Shown here: in pieces, positions 1 through 9,748 of the stretch | Layout: each line of letters begins with the position of its first letter | Numbering within the stretch: position 1 is the stretch's first letter | Virus record (IMG/VR): IMGVR_UViG_3300044806_000237 | Span: 1 to 48,844 of that record | DNA: 48,844 nt | Direction: 5' to 3' (one strand) | From: a virus | Lineage: Duplodnaviria > Caudoviricetes | Program-made: the position numbers and the translations under genes | The notes under the pieces: generated by a model | The model's database searches: none | What the model was told of the DNA's origin: nothing | The model's input: the letters and a program-made list of their open reading frames with translations, nothing else

Positions 1-51
1 GGTATTGCCGGCGGTCAGGGTTTGATAGGACTTGAGGAAATCGGGAGACAT
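1..51 (-). CDS. 5' end of a gene running off the window (MSPDFLKSYQTLTAGNT...)
   Basis: ATG at 51 on the minus strand with the frame open to the edge; co-oriented downstream of the 1945-aa gene. Confidence 0.4.
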   Translation of the reverse strand, partial: MSPDFLKSYQTLTAGNT

Positions 52-110
52 GTTTCAGCTTTCAATTCAGGGTTTAAGAGTTCATAAAGATCAAACAGAT
101 TGAGCAAAAA

Positions 111-3100
111 TCAGCAAATTCCAGCCAATCTCATATACTTGTCAACAATCAGCCCAACAACGGCCGCCCGCGAAAATGGAGTGTAGTCCACATCGCCAAT
201 TTGACCGTGAACGGGTTGATAATCTTCATCATTTTCATCATCGCCGTTGCTGCTTTCCTCACCGGCCGAAAAGGAGGAGGCGTATCCTTGAATGACCAGC
301 CGTTTAGCCACCGATCGAACGAAATCTTCATCGCTGGCCGATGGCGGATCCTGTTTGCCTTTCTTCGAGAGATCCCACATTTTGGCAACCCATTCAGATT
401 CATCAGTTCCGGCGATTTCCGGGAACAGCCCAGCCCACTCACTGGCATTTTCATCCAAGTTTGTTGTCGAGTGATCTTTGTACGAATCTTCGTTGCGATT
501 GATTCGCCCAGCGTGCCATCCTAGTTTCGCGATATAATGCCGGGCTTCCTCCTGCCGCTGGTGAGCCGGAAGAACCATTTTCAGTTCATCCTGAACGGCA
601 TTTGATAAAGTTTCATGATCCAGATCGTGTTCGTTGGCGATGTCCGGAATGACGTTCTTTCTGGCCTGGCGTTCGGTTTGATCTTGGGATGATTCAGCTT
701 CGAGTTCTGAGGGGTTGAACGATGTTGCTTTCTGAATTTCCCTGACTTTCTTCGCTTCATCCTTTTTGGATTGCTTGTCAGCCAAAATCTGCTGAGTCAT
801 CGCCTGTTGAGTTTGCTCCCATGCCGCCCGTCGGTCAGGCCGCTGGCGATTGTCGCCCGTATCCACTTTTGAGGCTGCGATTTTCGCGAGGTGCTCTTGG
901 TAGAGTTGTTCGGGGGATTTCTCCGGTTCAGCTGGCTTGGCTGAATCAGTTGGTTCAATGGCCCGTTCTGGTGGTGAATAGTTGGTTTGCTCGCTGGCGG
1001 GTTTGTTGAGGTTGTCGGGATAATTGCGAGGGGATTCGCTGGAAGATTCGGCCGGAGAGGAGGCTTCCAGCGCGGACGATCCGCCAGATTGACCGCCAGA
1101 TTCCTCGCCGCCCTTTGGTGCAAACTCCCCGCCCTTGCTTTGTGGCGAGCCCGCTGGATGTCTCGGGTGATCGCCGTTGAATGATCCGCCGCCGGAAGCT
1201 CCATTGGAGTCCTGACGATTTTTTAACGGTCGAACCGCGCGATCCCCCTCCTTTCCGGCCGTCTCTTGCGGAGCAGAACTACCACCATTCACCGCATCAC
1301 CAACAACAGCATCAGCCGCAGTTTGCGCCGCCGATGGTGGAGCATTTTCAGCAGCTTTGGACCGCTGTTCATGTTTCGCGATGGCATTTTGAACGATTGA
1401 GTCGAAGGAGTTGTTCGCTGATTTCGCCCTTTCGCCTGCCGTTAGTGGCTGGACGGCCGAAGAGGAGGAGGCTTGATTGCCCTGCGCTGGCGGAATTCCA
1501 TGTGCCGCCATCGCTGATTGCATCCAAGCCGACATCGCCGCCGCAATTGCCATGTGAGCCACGGAACGCATTGGACCTCGGAAGGCTTTGTTGGCGAGGT
1601 ACATTGCACCAGCGCCGACGGCTGCGTGAATCAAAGGATGAGCGTATTTGTCAACCTGAACAGAATCAACCCCCTCACTTTCCGGCCGCACATACCTATC
1701 AATTACACCGTTCATCGCTTCATAAATGTGCAACCGAGAATATTTTTCCGCTCCCGGAGCTTCCGGCTTTTTCAAAATCACCAGCGAAGTATTCACGCCC
1801 GTCTGTCTTGGCGCGTCACTTCCAGCAAAAGAGGCTTCTGGCAATTCCTCAAACTCGCCGTGTTCGTCCACAAAATCAGCGAATGCCTTGCGTTTGTTTC
1901 TCCCGGCCTCTCGATACATTCGATCGCCACCTGGAACCACGGCGACCAATTTTCCGCCAGGTTTCAACAAACTGAAAGCATGTTGCACATGATCAATCGC
2001 CGCATCGTTTTCAAACGGTGGATTCATAACGATTCGATCGTATTCCCCTTTGTGTTGAAGGAAATCATCGTGCTCAACTTCATGACCTTTCATTTTTAGA
2101 AGATCCTGCAGAGCGTAGTGATGTTCGATTCCTTTCAGGGAAACAGAATCACCGTGTGCAGCTTTCACCGCGTCCATGATTCGACCTGAACCCGCTGAAG
2201 GCTCCAGAACGCTTTGACCGTCGCGAATGTCTGCATGTTCCATCAGCCTGTCAATTACTCGAGGAGGAGTAGGATAGAACCCTTCTGCTTTGTGCTCGCG
2301 GTGAATCTTCTTTTCAAGTTCCTTGACTGGATCTTTCTGGACGCTGCCATGACGCTTTGCCTGATGAGGAGCCAGTTCACGGAGTGCAGATCGCAATTCG
2401 TGATCCTCCTGGATACCCATTGCGTAAAGACGCTGGAAGTCGTCTTTTTCGCCAAACCCGCCCCAGTCATGTTTAACGCCTTTAGATTTTGCCCGGTTGG
2501 CGAAGTCGAACCATTCCTTTGACGAATTTTTGCTGAGTGTCAAATTCTCCTTTTCGTCGTTTGTGTGACGTTTGAAAAGTTTCTGCCACTTCGCCGATTC
2601 TTGTTTCAGGCCTGGCGTGTTCGCAGCTTGCTCAAGAAATCGCTGAACGTTCGCAGGATAGATGATCTGTCGAGGAATCTTTGCATGCGCAATTGAATCC
2701 GGATTCACTCCCGCCTGATATGTGTGTTCACGTTCGTCGTGTTTTGCTTTGCTTCGCCATTCTTCGCCGTACTTGTCCTGAAGTTTTTGTTCTTCGTGCT
2801 TTCGCTGAGCCTGCCGCCAGACTCGCTGGAGACTTTCCAGTTGAGTCAGAGCATTCATGCCGCGCAAGTGTTTCACCTCGCCGCCTGCCATCGCTTCAGA
2901 GATTGACCGCAAGCGAACAGCCTGATTCAAGTCGTGTTCAGCAGAAGCTCGAGCACTTGCCGCCATTCCAGCCCGTCGATTGGTGTTTTCCTTCCGTTCG
3001 GCCGAGTAGGAAGCCGACGCCCGTTCTTCCAGTCGTTCAGCATGGTCGGCCAATTTTTCGCCGATAGTCTTTTCGCGTTCTTCCTGTTTCTCGCCTAAGA

Positions 3101-5948
3101 TATCGGAGCGATCCACTTTCTCACCGGCCATAGCTTGCAGGAACCGATTCCGCTTGTCTTCGTCCGGGAAGTGGAAGCCGCCGGGAGTTCCTCCGAATTG
3201 CTTGTAGTACCAGCCGCCGAGCCGTTTTGCCGCCGTGTTCATTTTGTCGTATTCATCGCGCTCGACTCGGTTTTTTGGCGATGCCGTGAAAATATCCTGA
3301 CCGCGCTTTGAATGGAAATTTTTGGTAAGTTCAAACCCGCCATGATCGCCAGAAACTTTCGCTTCAACAACCGTCGGCTTCTTCACTTCATCCCGGCCAG
3401 TACGAGTCTTTTCTGACATCAGGTTGTCGTACGTTTCCTGTTGTTCTGTGGTGAGTTTTTCATAGCTGCCGACTTTCTTGATCGCCAGTTCAAAGTCTTT
3501 CAAAGTTTTCGGGTTCGCCGCCGCTTCTTCGTTAGCTTTGTTGGCAGCTGCATATTCAGCAATGTTCTTTGCTTCTTTCTCGACGTGAGCCGCCAAGGAT
3601 TCAGGAGTTTGCTTTGCAACGTGACCAGCAAGACGACGAACAGCAGCACCAGACATGCCGCCGTCTGATCGGATATCGTCAGACGAGTAGATATTGGAAA
3701 TTCCTTCGCCCACGTTAAATGCACGTTGCATCATTGCTGCATAGACAGATTCGGCGTTCTGGTTCTTTTTGTTCTCACCGCGGATTGCCTGCCAGTCACC
3801 GAGATTTCCCGCAATGTTCCGCAGCGTCTTCGCGTCGTATCGCTTCTGGAGATCGCCAACAAAGGCTTCTTTGTTCTCAGTGTAGAACTTATGGGCCTGT
3901 TGAAATTCTTCGAAGGAGAGTTCACCGGAGTCGATCTTGCGGCTGAGTTGAAGGAATGATTTGTAATCGCCGTGAGTTTCGGGATCGAAGGAGCCGGAAA
4001 ACTGTGATTCTGGATCGGCCGGAGAGGAGGGAGATTCCTCCGCTGGCTGTTCATCTTCGTCGCGATGCCATCGACCATCACGGAAGACAAGCCCTTCCGC
4101 GTTTGTGTCGCCGTCATTGGGGCCGTCATCCTGTTTCTTTACAGATTGCAAATGATCAGGAACCCTATCGGCATCAGTCCAGCCGCCTTCCGGTTCGTTC
4201 TTCTTATTCGAAGCCTTTACTGCCGCGCTGAGTGTCTTTTTTGGATCGACTTTCTTTTCGATAATTGCCGCAGGTTTTGGAGCATTCTCAGGAGCCAGTT
4301 TCGCGTCAATTTCTTCTGATGCCTGTTTGTGGGCTTCAGAATCAGACATTTGGATAGCACCGCTCTGAAGTTGATTCATCCTGTCTAGGATGGCACTTGC
4401 CCGCATTGAAGTGAGATCCTGATATTTTGCAGGATCATTGTGCCAGTCTTTCACCAATTTATGGTGAGCTTTCGCCATTTCAATGGCTTCGCGTTTTGTT
4501 GAAAACATTGCCTGACCTGAATTTCCATCGACAGTATCATAAGTCCATTGCCGACCAGATTTCCTGACAGACTTTTCAGGATTATAGTTTTCAATTTGCG
4601 AATCGGTTCGGCCGCGAAGTAGTCGCATTTTTCTTGCGTCTTCATTCTGTGCATCCAAAACCCGATTCTCCATCGTCTTCGGATTATTCAAATCCCCGGC
4701 ATCCGAATTTAACAGCAATTCCTGCCCCTTGAGATCCTTGGTGTTTTTGCCAGTGTCGAACAGTGCTCCCTGTTTTATGGCGGGATTTGGAGTGAGAGGT
4801 TCAGGAGTTTTTGCGGGGGAGGGTTGAGTGGTGGAATCGAGGGTGAATGATGGTTCTTCGTCTTCTTCGGCCGCAGTCTTAGGTTTCGCCACCCGCGCAA
4901 CGCCAGACAGCCAGCGATACTGGTTTACATTTCCAAACTCAGTTGAATTGCTGTAGTTCGTCTCTAAGAACTCTTTCGCCGCGTTCAAATCTTCCCGGCT
5001 GAACTTTCCATCAACTGCTTTTTGGAACGCATCGTTGCCGATCTGTGGAAACCCGTTTGAATCGAACTCGACCAAATGACCGTGCTCGCTACCGGTCGCC
5101 AGCATGGCAGCAATGACATTTCCGCCAGGGATCTTTCTCAATGCATCCTGAACGTTCTTTGTGCCCTGCTTGCCCATTGCAGGCTTTTTGACGCCGAGGG
5201 ATAATTGAAGTTGCTCAAATCGATGTCCAGGGCGAAGGTGAAGAACGCTATCAGTCAACGCTGAAATTGGATCAACATTATCGGCCGGAGAGGAAGGAGC
5301 TTCAGCCGCCACCGGAGCAACCACTGGTTCAACAACCTTGAAATCCTCCTCCTCATCATCCCCATCATCAACAAAAGTGAACCCCGGATTCAGTTCCTCA
5401 AACAGCTTCTGTTGCCGATTCTCCTTCCGTCCGCCAGAAATTTTCCCCATTTCCGCCAGCCCCTTTGGCTTCGGTTTACGCTCGCCGCCCCCTTCCTTCC
5501 CGGCCGATTCTTTTTCAATTTGCTCCTTCGTTTTCCCCATCAGCCCCTTTGGCCCCTTCATGATCCGGCCATCTTCACCGCTGATGAACACCCGAGCCCC
5601 TCGCATCGTCACCCATTTTCCAGCCTCATCGTCAACTTTCTTGCTGAACAATGGTTTTTGACGTTCTTCTGGTTTCTCAAAGAGTCCAAGTTGACCGGAC
5701 GCCGGTTTGTGTCGCCGAGCGTATTCGTCTTTATGAACAGCAGTTGACGAAGGGTATTCATGACCATTTTCGCAACGATCATTCCCACCAATTCGCCGCT
5801 CGCGAGTGACACCATCAGCCCCGCAAACTGGACACTGGCCATAGGGGGAATTCATGGAGCTTGAATATCGACCAACGATTGAATTGACGATATCGCGGAT
5901 GGCAAATTGATACTTCGAAGGAGAGGCAGGGGTAGAGGCTGAAGTCAT
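111..5948 (-). CDS. Large polyvalent/DarB-like protein (probably head-packaged) with an N6-adenine DNA methyltransferase domain
   Basis: 1945 aa. N-terminal Zn-ribbon (CPVCG...CENGH) and WVTMRGARVFI motif. MTase motifs GFYPTP, VLEPSAGSG and IVMNPPF at about 1770-2290. HPRHPAGSPQSKGGEF motif typical of phage head-associated proteins. Lies next to the portal gene. Confidence 0.75.
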   Translation of the reverse strand: MTSASTPASPSKYQFAIRDIVNSIVGRYSSSMNSPYGQCPVCGADGVTRERRIGGNDRCENGHEYPSSTAVHKDEYARRHKPASGQLGLFEKPEERQKPLFSKKVDDEAGKWVTMRGARVFISGEDGRIMKGPKGLMGKTKEQIEKESAGKEGGGERKPKPKGLAEMGKISGGRKENRQQKLFEELNPGFTFVDDGDDEEEDFKVVEPVVAPVAAEAPSSPADNVDPISALTDSVLHLRPGHRFEQLQLSLGVKKPAMGKQGTKNVQDALRKIPGGNVIAAMLATGSEHGHLVEFDSNGFPQIGNDAFQKAVDGKFSREDLNAAKEFLETNYSNSTEFGNVNQYRWLSGVARVAKPKTAAEEDEEPSFTLDSTTQPSPAKTPEPLTPNPAIKQGALFDTGKNTKDLKGQELLLNSDAGDLNNPKTMENRVLDAQNEDARKMRLLRGRTDSQIENYNPEKSVRKSGRQWTYDTVDGNSGQAMFSTKREAIEMAKAHHKLVKDWHNDPAKYQDLTSMRASAILDRMNQLQSGAIQMSDSEAHKQASEEIDAKLAPENAPKPAAIIEKKVDPKKTLSAAVKASNKKNEPEGGWTDADRVPDHLQSVKKQDDGPNDGDTNAEGLVFRDGRWHRDEDEQPAEESPSSPADPESQFSGSFDPETHGDYKSFLQLSRKIDSGELSFEEFQQAHKFYTENKEAFVGDLQKRYDAKTLRNIAGNLGDWQAIRGENKKNQNAESVYAAMMQRAFNVGEGISNIYSSDDIRSDGGMSGAAVRRLAGHVAKQTPESLAAHVEKEAKNIAEYAAANKANEEAAANPKTLKDFELAIKKVGSYEKLTTEQQETYDNLMSEKTRTGRDEVKKPTVVEAKVSGDHGGFELTKNFHSKRGQDIFTASPKNRVERDEYDKMNTAAKRLGGWYYKQFGGTPGGFHFPDEDKRNRFLQAMAGEKVDRSDILGEKQEEREKTIGEKLADHAERLEERASASYSAERKENTNRRAGMAASARASAEHDLNQAVRLRSISEAMAGGEVKHLRGMNALTQLESLQRVWRQAQRKHEEQKLQDKYGEEWRSKAKHDEREHTYQAGVNPDSIAHAKIPRQIIYPANVQRFLEQAANTPGLKQESAKWQKLFKRHTNDEKENLTLSKNSSKEWFDFANRAKSKGVKHDWGGFGEKDDFQRLYAMGIQEDHELRSALRELAPHQAKRHGSVQKDPVKELEKKIHREHKAEGFYPTPPRVIDRLMEHADIRDGQSVLEPSAGSGRIMDAVKAAHGDSVSLKGIEHHYALQDLLKMKGHEVEHDDFLQHKGEYDRIVMNPPFENDAAIDHVQHAFSLLKPGGKLVAVVPGGDRMYREAGRNKRKAFADFVDEHGEFEELPEASFAGSDAPRQTGVNTSLVILKKPEAPGAEKYSRLHIYEAMNGVIDRYVRPESEGVDSVQVDKYAHPLIHAAVGAGAMYLANKAFRGPMRSVAHMAIAAAMSAWMQSAMAAHGIPPAQGNQASSSSAVQPLTAGERAKSANNSFDSIVQNAIAKHEQRSKAAENAPPSAAQTAADAVVGDAVNGGSSAPQETAGKEGDRAVRPLKNRQDSNGASGGGSFNGDHPRHPAGSPQSKGGEFAPKGGEESGGQSGGSSALEASSPAESSSESPRNYPDNLNKPASEQTNYSPPERAIEPTDSAKPAEPEKSPEQLYQEHLAKIAASKVDTGDNRQRPDRRAAWEQTQQAMTQQILADKQSKKDEAKKVREIQKATSFNPSELEAESSQDQTERQARKNVIPDIANEHDLDHETLSNAVQDELKMVLPAHQRQEEARHYIAKLGWHAGRINRNEDSYKDHSTTNLDENASEWAGLFPEIAGTDESEWVAKMWDLSKKGKQDPPSASDEDFVRSVAKRLVIQGYASSFSAGEESSNGDDENDEDYQPVHGQIGDVDYTPFSRAAVVGLIVDKYMRLAGIC

Positions 5949-6011
5949 CGAAAACCACCTATTGAAAATTCAGATTGAAAAATGCAAATCACATGGATGT
6001 CACAAACGAAA

Positions 6012-8342
6012 TCAGCATTCAGTTTTGGCCAATGATTTTGCCCGCATCGGCCCACCATTAGCAACCCACTTCTTGAACAAATCAACCGTCATGCTCGCCG
6101 CTGGCCCGCACTTCCACCCGGCCGGATAGTTCGCCAGATACAACTTTCTAGCCTCTTTCCTATTCAAACACCCAACAACAACCTTGAATTCATCGAATTC
6201 GCCGTCCTGGTCAACTTGCTTGATGACCAGCACAAAATCAGAGTCCGGATGATTCCCAATGAACACATCAAGATTGTCGCCGTCGTTGGCTGAAGTTCGC
6301 CGGAAATAGCCGTAGTGACTTGCCATTGTTCGGGACCATTCACGGCCGGAGGATGGAGAGGTTTTCGTACGAACTGAACCTTTGGGATTCTCGATCGCAA
6401 TTTCCAAGCCCTTCCACGGGAAGATACCTTTGGCGTAGTTTCCGGCTTCGCGTTGGGCGGGAGTTGGTGAAGTGTGGGTTTCGCTGGCAGCTTCTGAGAG
6501 AAGGCGGGAGGAACGGCGTTGATACTGATCCTGATTGACGGCCGGAGAGGAAGGGGGCCCGGATTCTCCACCACCAGCCCCACCACCACCCTCACCAATC
6601 TTCCCCGCCACATGATCAATCACCCCATCTTTCAGCCCCCTCACCTCTCCGGCCGCCTTGACATGCTCATGAGCCGCGTCAATCTGATTGCCGAATCCCG
6701 TACCCGCCGGGAACTGCATACCGTTCGCCATTCCCGGAGCAGCACCAGCCGCAGCATTCCTCAAAATCTTCTCATTCGGATTGTCCAGACTCACACCAAT
6801 GGCTTCCGAAACATCTTTCTCCGGAATCCCGAGCCCCATTTCCCAAGCCGTCCGATACCCGTCCAATTTCTCTTTGACGTTATCGCTTTCCAATTCGTGC
6901 TTAAACTTGAATCTCCAACCCTCAGTTTCTGGCCAGTTGGCAAGCTGAATCGTTCGTACTAGTTCATGGGTTATTGTTTCCTGCAAATTATTGCTGTCAT
7001 ACATGACAATTTGCGCAAGCGAATCCTTCTGGAAGTCAGCAACCGAACTACCGAGACCAGTAGCATCCGCTTCCGTGCTTAACGTCTGGCCGATAATGTA
7101 TCGCTTGATTCGATGTCCAAAATACTTGTCCTGGATGTTCAGCAGCATATCCATCCCAGCGAAACCCGGCTCCACAATCCGCAAATCGTAAACCGCCGAA
7201 TCCATCCCTAACGGCTTTGGAAAGAAAATCTGATTCCTTCCAAATGCCATTCGGTTTTTCGCCGCTTCCATCACCGAGCGTTTAGCCGCTTCATCCCCGG
7301 ACGGGTATTCATAAATCTCAATGCCGCCCGCCGAGCGTTCCATGTACTCCATCAAGAAACCAAGGATTTCCTGCTTCAGAAACCATTCGTTGTAAATTCG
7401 ATCACGAATGCCAACCCCGTGAATTCGCCCGGCCTTGCGGGGATTCTGGTATTCAGCATCTTCAATCATGTGCTTGTGGCAGATGATCGTCCTGCGAACA
7501 TATGGAGGAATAAAAAGTGCCGCACCGGAATTGGTGTATTCAATGCTCTCTATTCCACGAATGCGGGAATCCTTTTTTATAATCGGAGAAACGCGAACAC
7601 CCATTTGACCAGGGAAAGCACCTGGAGGCATCTTTTCACCGTCATCATACCGAAAAACTACCTTATCCCCGTGGATATGCGTCCAACCTATTGAGTCAGC
7701 ATGTTCAGACTGAGGGTAGCAATACTGCTTTCCGTCAATCAATTCTTTTTTGTCATAAGTATGCTGGATGGCTGAACGTCCAATCCAGATTGCATCCATG
7801 AGACATCGGCGATACTCGGTAAACCGCCTAATTTCACCAATAATTTTTGTAAGTTCGGCCGCTACTGACTTTTGAGCCGGGCTTTTTGAGTTCCCGGGAA
7901 CAATCGACCAATCAAGAAGTGCCGTCATTCGCTGTCGAATTTCCAGACATTCCATGATGCCCAAATCTTTGCGCATCAGCAAGGCGTCATTCGGATTGGC
8001 TTCCAGCGATTCGTCGGAAGGAAGGTACGTTTTCGCCTGACTTCCAATCTTGCTGGCAAACGTCATCGCGTGCGGAACAGCATCCTGCCCAAAAAGCGGG
8101 GACGCGCCAAAAACTCCAGCCGCAGGATCTTTGTCTTTTTCCAGCCATTCATTCACGAACGACGCCACCCTATCCTTTTCGGCCGTGCTGGTTTTGCCGT
8201 AGCCATCAGGATTCAGGCGAAACGCGATCCCGCCGGGAGCGTCAAACACATGATCGGCGTTTTTATTCATCAATGCCGCTGTGCTGAATGATTCACCGCG
8301 ACCGTATTTTTGGCCGTTGCCGTTGTTGCTGCTGCCGTTCAT
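6012..8342 (-). CDS. Portal protein (DUF935/Mu gp29-like) fused to a C-terminal inorganic-pyrophosphatase-like (InPase) domain
   Basis: Portal-like segments CLEIRQRMTALLDWSIVP, IKRYIIGQTLST and LQETITHELVRTIQLANWP. C-terminal PTPAQREAGNYAKG..IAIENPKGSVR..HYGYF..DGDNLDVFIG..FDEFKV matches the InPase domain of polyvalent proteins. Start set at MNGSS (8342); the ORF extends to 8378. Confidence 0.75.
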   Translation of the reverse strand: MNGSSNNGNGQKYGRGESFSTAALMNKNADHVFDAPGGIAFRLNPDGYGKTSTAEKDRVASFVNEWLEKDKDPAAGVFGASPLFGQDAVPHAMTFASKIGSQAKTYLPSDESLEANPNDALLMRKDLGIMECLEIRQRMTALLDWSIVPGNSKSPAQKSVAAELTKIIGEIRRFTEYRRCLMDAIWIGRSAIQHTYDKKELIDGKQYCYPQSEHADSIGWTHIHGDKVVFRYDDGEKMPPGAFPGQMGVRVSPIIKKDSRIRGIESIEYTNSGAALFIPPYVRRTIICHKHMIEDAEYQNPRKAGRIHGVGIRDRIYNEWFLKQEILGFLMEYMERSAGGIEIYEYPSGDEAAKRSVMEAAKNRMAFGRNQIFFPKPLGMDSAVYDLRIVEPGFAGMDMLLNIQDKYFGHRIKRYIIGQTLSTEADATGLGSSVADFQKDSLAQIVMYDSNNLQETITHELVRTIQLANWPETEGWRFKFKHELESDNVKEKLDGYRTAWEMGLGIPEKDVSEAIGVSLDNPNEKILRNAAAGAAPGMANGMQFPAGTGFGNQIDAAHEHVKAAGEVRGLKDGVIDHVAGKIGEGGGGAGGGESGPPSSPAVNQDQYQRRSSRLLSEAASETHTSPTPAQREAGNYAKGIFPWKGLEIAIENPKGSVRTKTSPSSGREWSRTMASHYGYFRRTSANDGDNLDVFIGNHPDSDFVLVIKQVDQDGEFDEFKVVVGCLNRKEARKLYLANYPAGWKCGPAASMTVDLFKKWVANGGPMRAKSLAKTEC

Positions 8343-8449
8343 TCGAAATTCCCCGTCTTTGTGACATGCATTTAACATGCAGAAGAATATCGAACTTGAC
8401 AGCCAAGGAACAGAGGACTAGGGACTTGATTCAATAAATCTAGTTTCAG

Positions 8450-9151
8450 TCAGACTCTGGCATATTTCCACGCAGCAAATTCAAAGTCGTCCATCGTATC
8501 AATATCAACGCTGAATCCATCATTCACGAACCAAAACGGCTTTGACCCGACGTGATACCCTGTTTGCTCAATGGCCGCTCGAGTCAGCACCGAAAACGTG
8601 AACGGCATCGTAAGCCACTGTGGAAGCATCTGGCTTGGCGTATGGTGAGACCCAAACGACCAGCCGACTGGACAGCCGTCAGAAGTCATCAAGTAGCCTC
8701 TCCAGCGATTTGCGACCACCAGCGAATCAAATTGCCGCCCCTGCTGCAGATTGCGAATTTCGCTCCATTTCGAAAGGCATTTTTCATGCTCATCGAAAAA
8801 CGGATCACACACCTGGCACCATGCAATTTCCGAATCTCCGGGAATCTGACTACAGATTGACCGCATCCACTGCTGAATCGGGACCGAGTTGTCTGACAAA
8901 TCCGGACTTCGTGGGAGCAGAGTCACCCGATTCTGTTCGCACCAGTCCAGACTTTCAGAGCACAATTCAGATGACAGATAGATTTTGCCATCGCCAGCAC
9001 CATCGTTAGCACCAGCACCAGCCTTTCTGATTTTCTGAAGAGTGATATCAACAAGACATTTCCCGTCGCAGAATTCCCGCCAGTTCTTTCTTGGAACTCG
9101 CGTTGAATCCTGCTTGGCAGGGATAATGAATGCCAAGTTCGATTCAGTCAC
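8450..9151 (-). CDS. Acylneuraminate/KDO-type cytidylyltransferase (NeuA/KdsB-like CMP-sugar synthetase)
   Basis: N-terminal IIPAKQDSTRVPRKN and C-terminal SVDIDTMDDFEFA signatures. Confidence 0.8.
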   Translation of the reverse strand: MTESNLAFIIPAKQDSTRVPRKNWREFCDGKCLVDITLQKIRKAGAGANDGAGDGKIYLSSELCSESLDWCEQNRVTLLPRSPDLSDNSVPIQQWMRSICSQIPGDSEIAWCQVCDPFFDEHEKCLSKWSEIRNLQQGRQFDSLVVANRWRGYLMTSDGCPVGWSFGSHHTPSQMLPQWLTMPFTFSVLTRAAIEQTGYHVGSKPFWFVNDGFSVDIDTMDDFEFAAWKYARV

Positions 9152-9169
9152 AAAGTTTCATCCACAAAT

Positions 9170-9748
9170 TCATCCACAAAGTTTCATCCACTCAATTTCA
9201 ACACCGTAAACAGACTGCAAAACTGAAACCAGATTTTGCGTCACTTCGCGCCATAAAGTCAGGAAATCACTGCGTTTTTCTGCTTTTGCAATTCTTGCTC
9301 TTTCACTTTCCGATGGCAGATTGACTCCACTGGCATACTCAACGCCGCCATCAATGCCGATGATTCTGATTTTCTCATATCGGCCATGTTTGGCGAGCCA
9401 ATGCAAAGCACCGTTTGCGGTGTTATGTTGGCACAATCCACCGGACAAAATTCTGTCTTGCAAATCCTGAATTGAGCCAGCGCACGGTTCAGTTTGGATT
9501 TTGATCAATCGCGAAATGAACCACTCCGGACCATCAGACATTTCTGAAACGAACTTGCAAACGCGATCTTTGTGTGGTTCAACGTCTGGAATTAGCCAGG
9601 AATGCTGGATAAAGCAAAAGTCAATTCTGGAAGTCGTCAGTTCACCGGAATCATTCACTGTCGCCACATCAGTTCCGTGAGCCGCAGCAATGAATTCATC
9701 TGCCCTGCTTGCGGATGGACCCTTCGCAATAAGTGTGACGGTTCTCAA
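9170..9748 (-). CDS. Putative CMP-sugar-dependent transferase (sialyltransferase/Maf/DUF115-like fold)
   Basis: VTLIAKGPSA, VATVND and IRIIGIDG motifs resemble the GxGPS...lxGxD pattern; adjacent to the cytidylyltransferase. Confidence 0.5.
   Translation of the reverse strand: MRTVTLIAKGPSASRADEFIAAAHGTDVATVNDSGELTTSRIDFCFIQHSWLIPDVEPHKDRVCKFVSEMSDGPEWFISRLIKIQTEPCAGSIQDLQDRILSGGLCQHNTANGALHWLAKHGRYEKIRIIGIDGGVEYASGVNLPSESERARIAKAEKRSDFLTLWREVTQNLVSVLQSVYGVEIEWMKLCG

Noticed and set aside
149-5842. Numerous short ORFs overlapping the 1945-aa gene
   Set aside because: Alternative-frame or antisense ORFs without recognisable motifs
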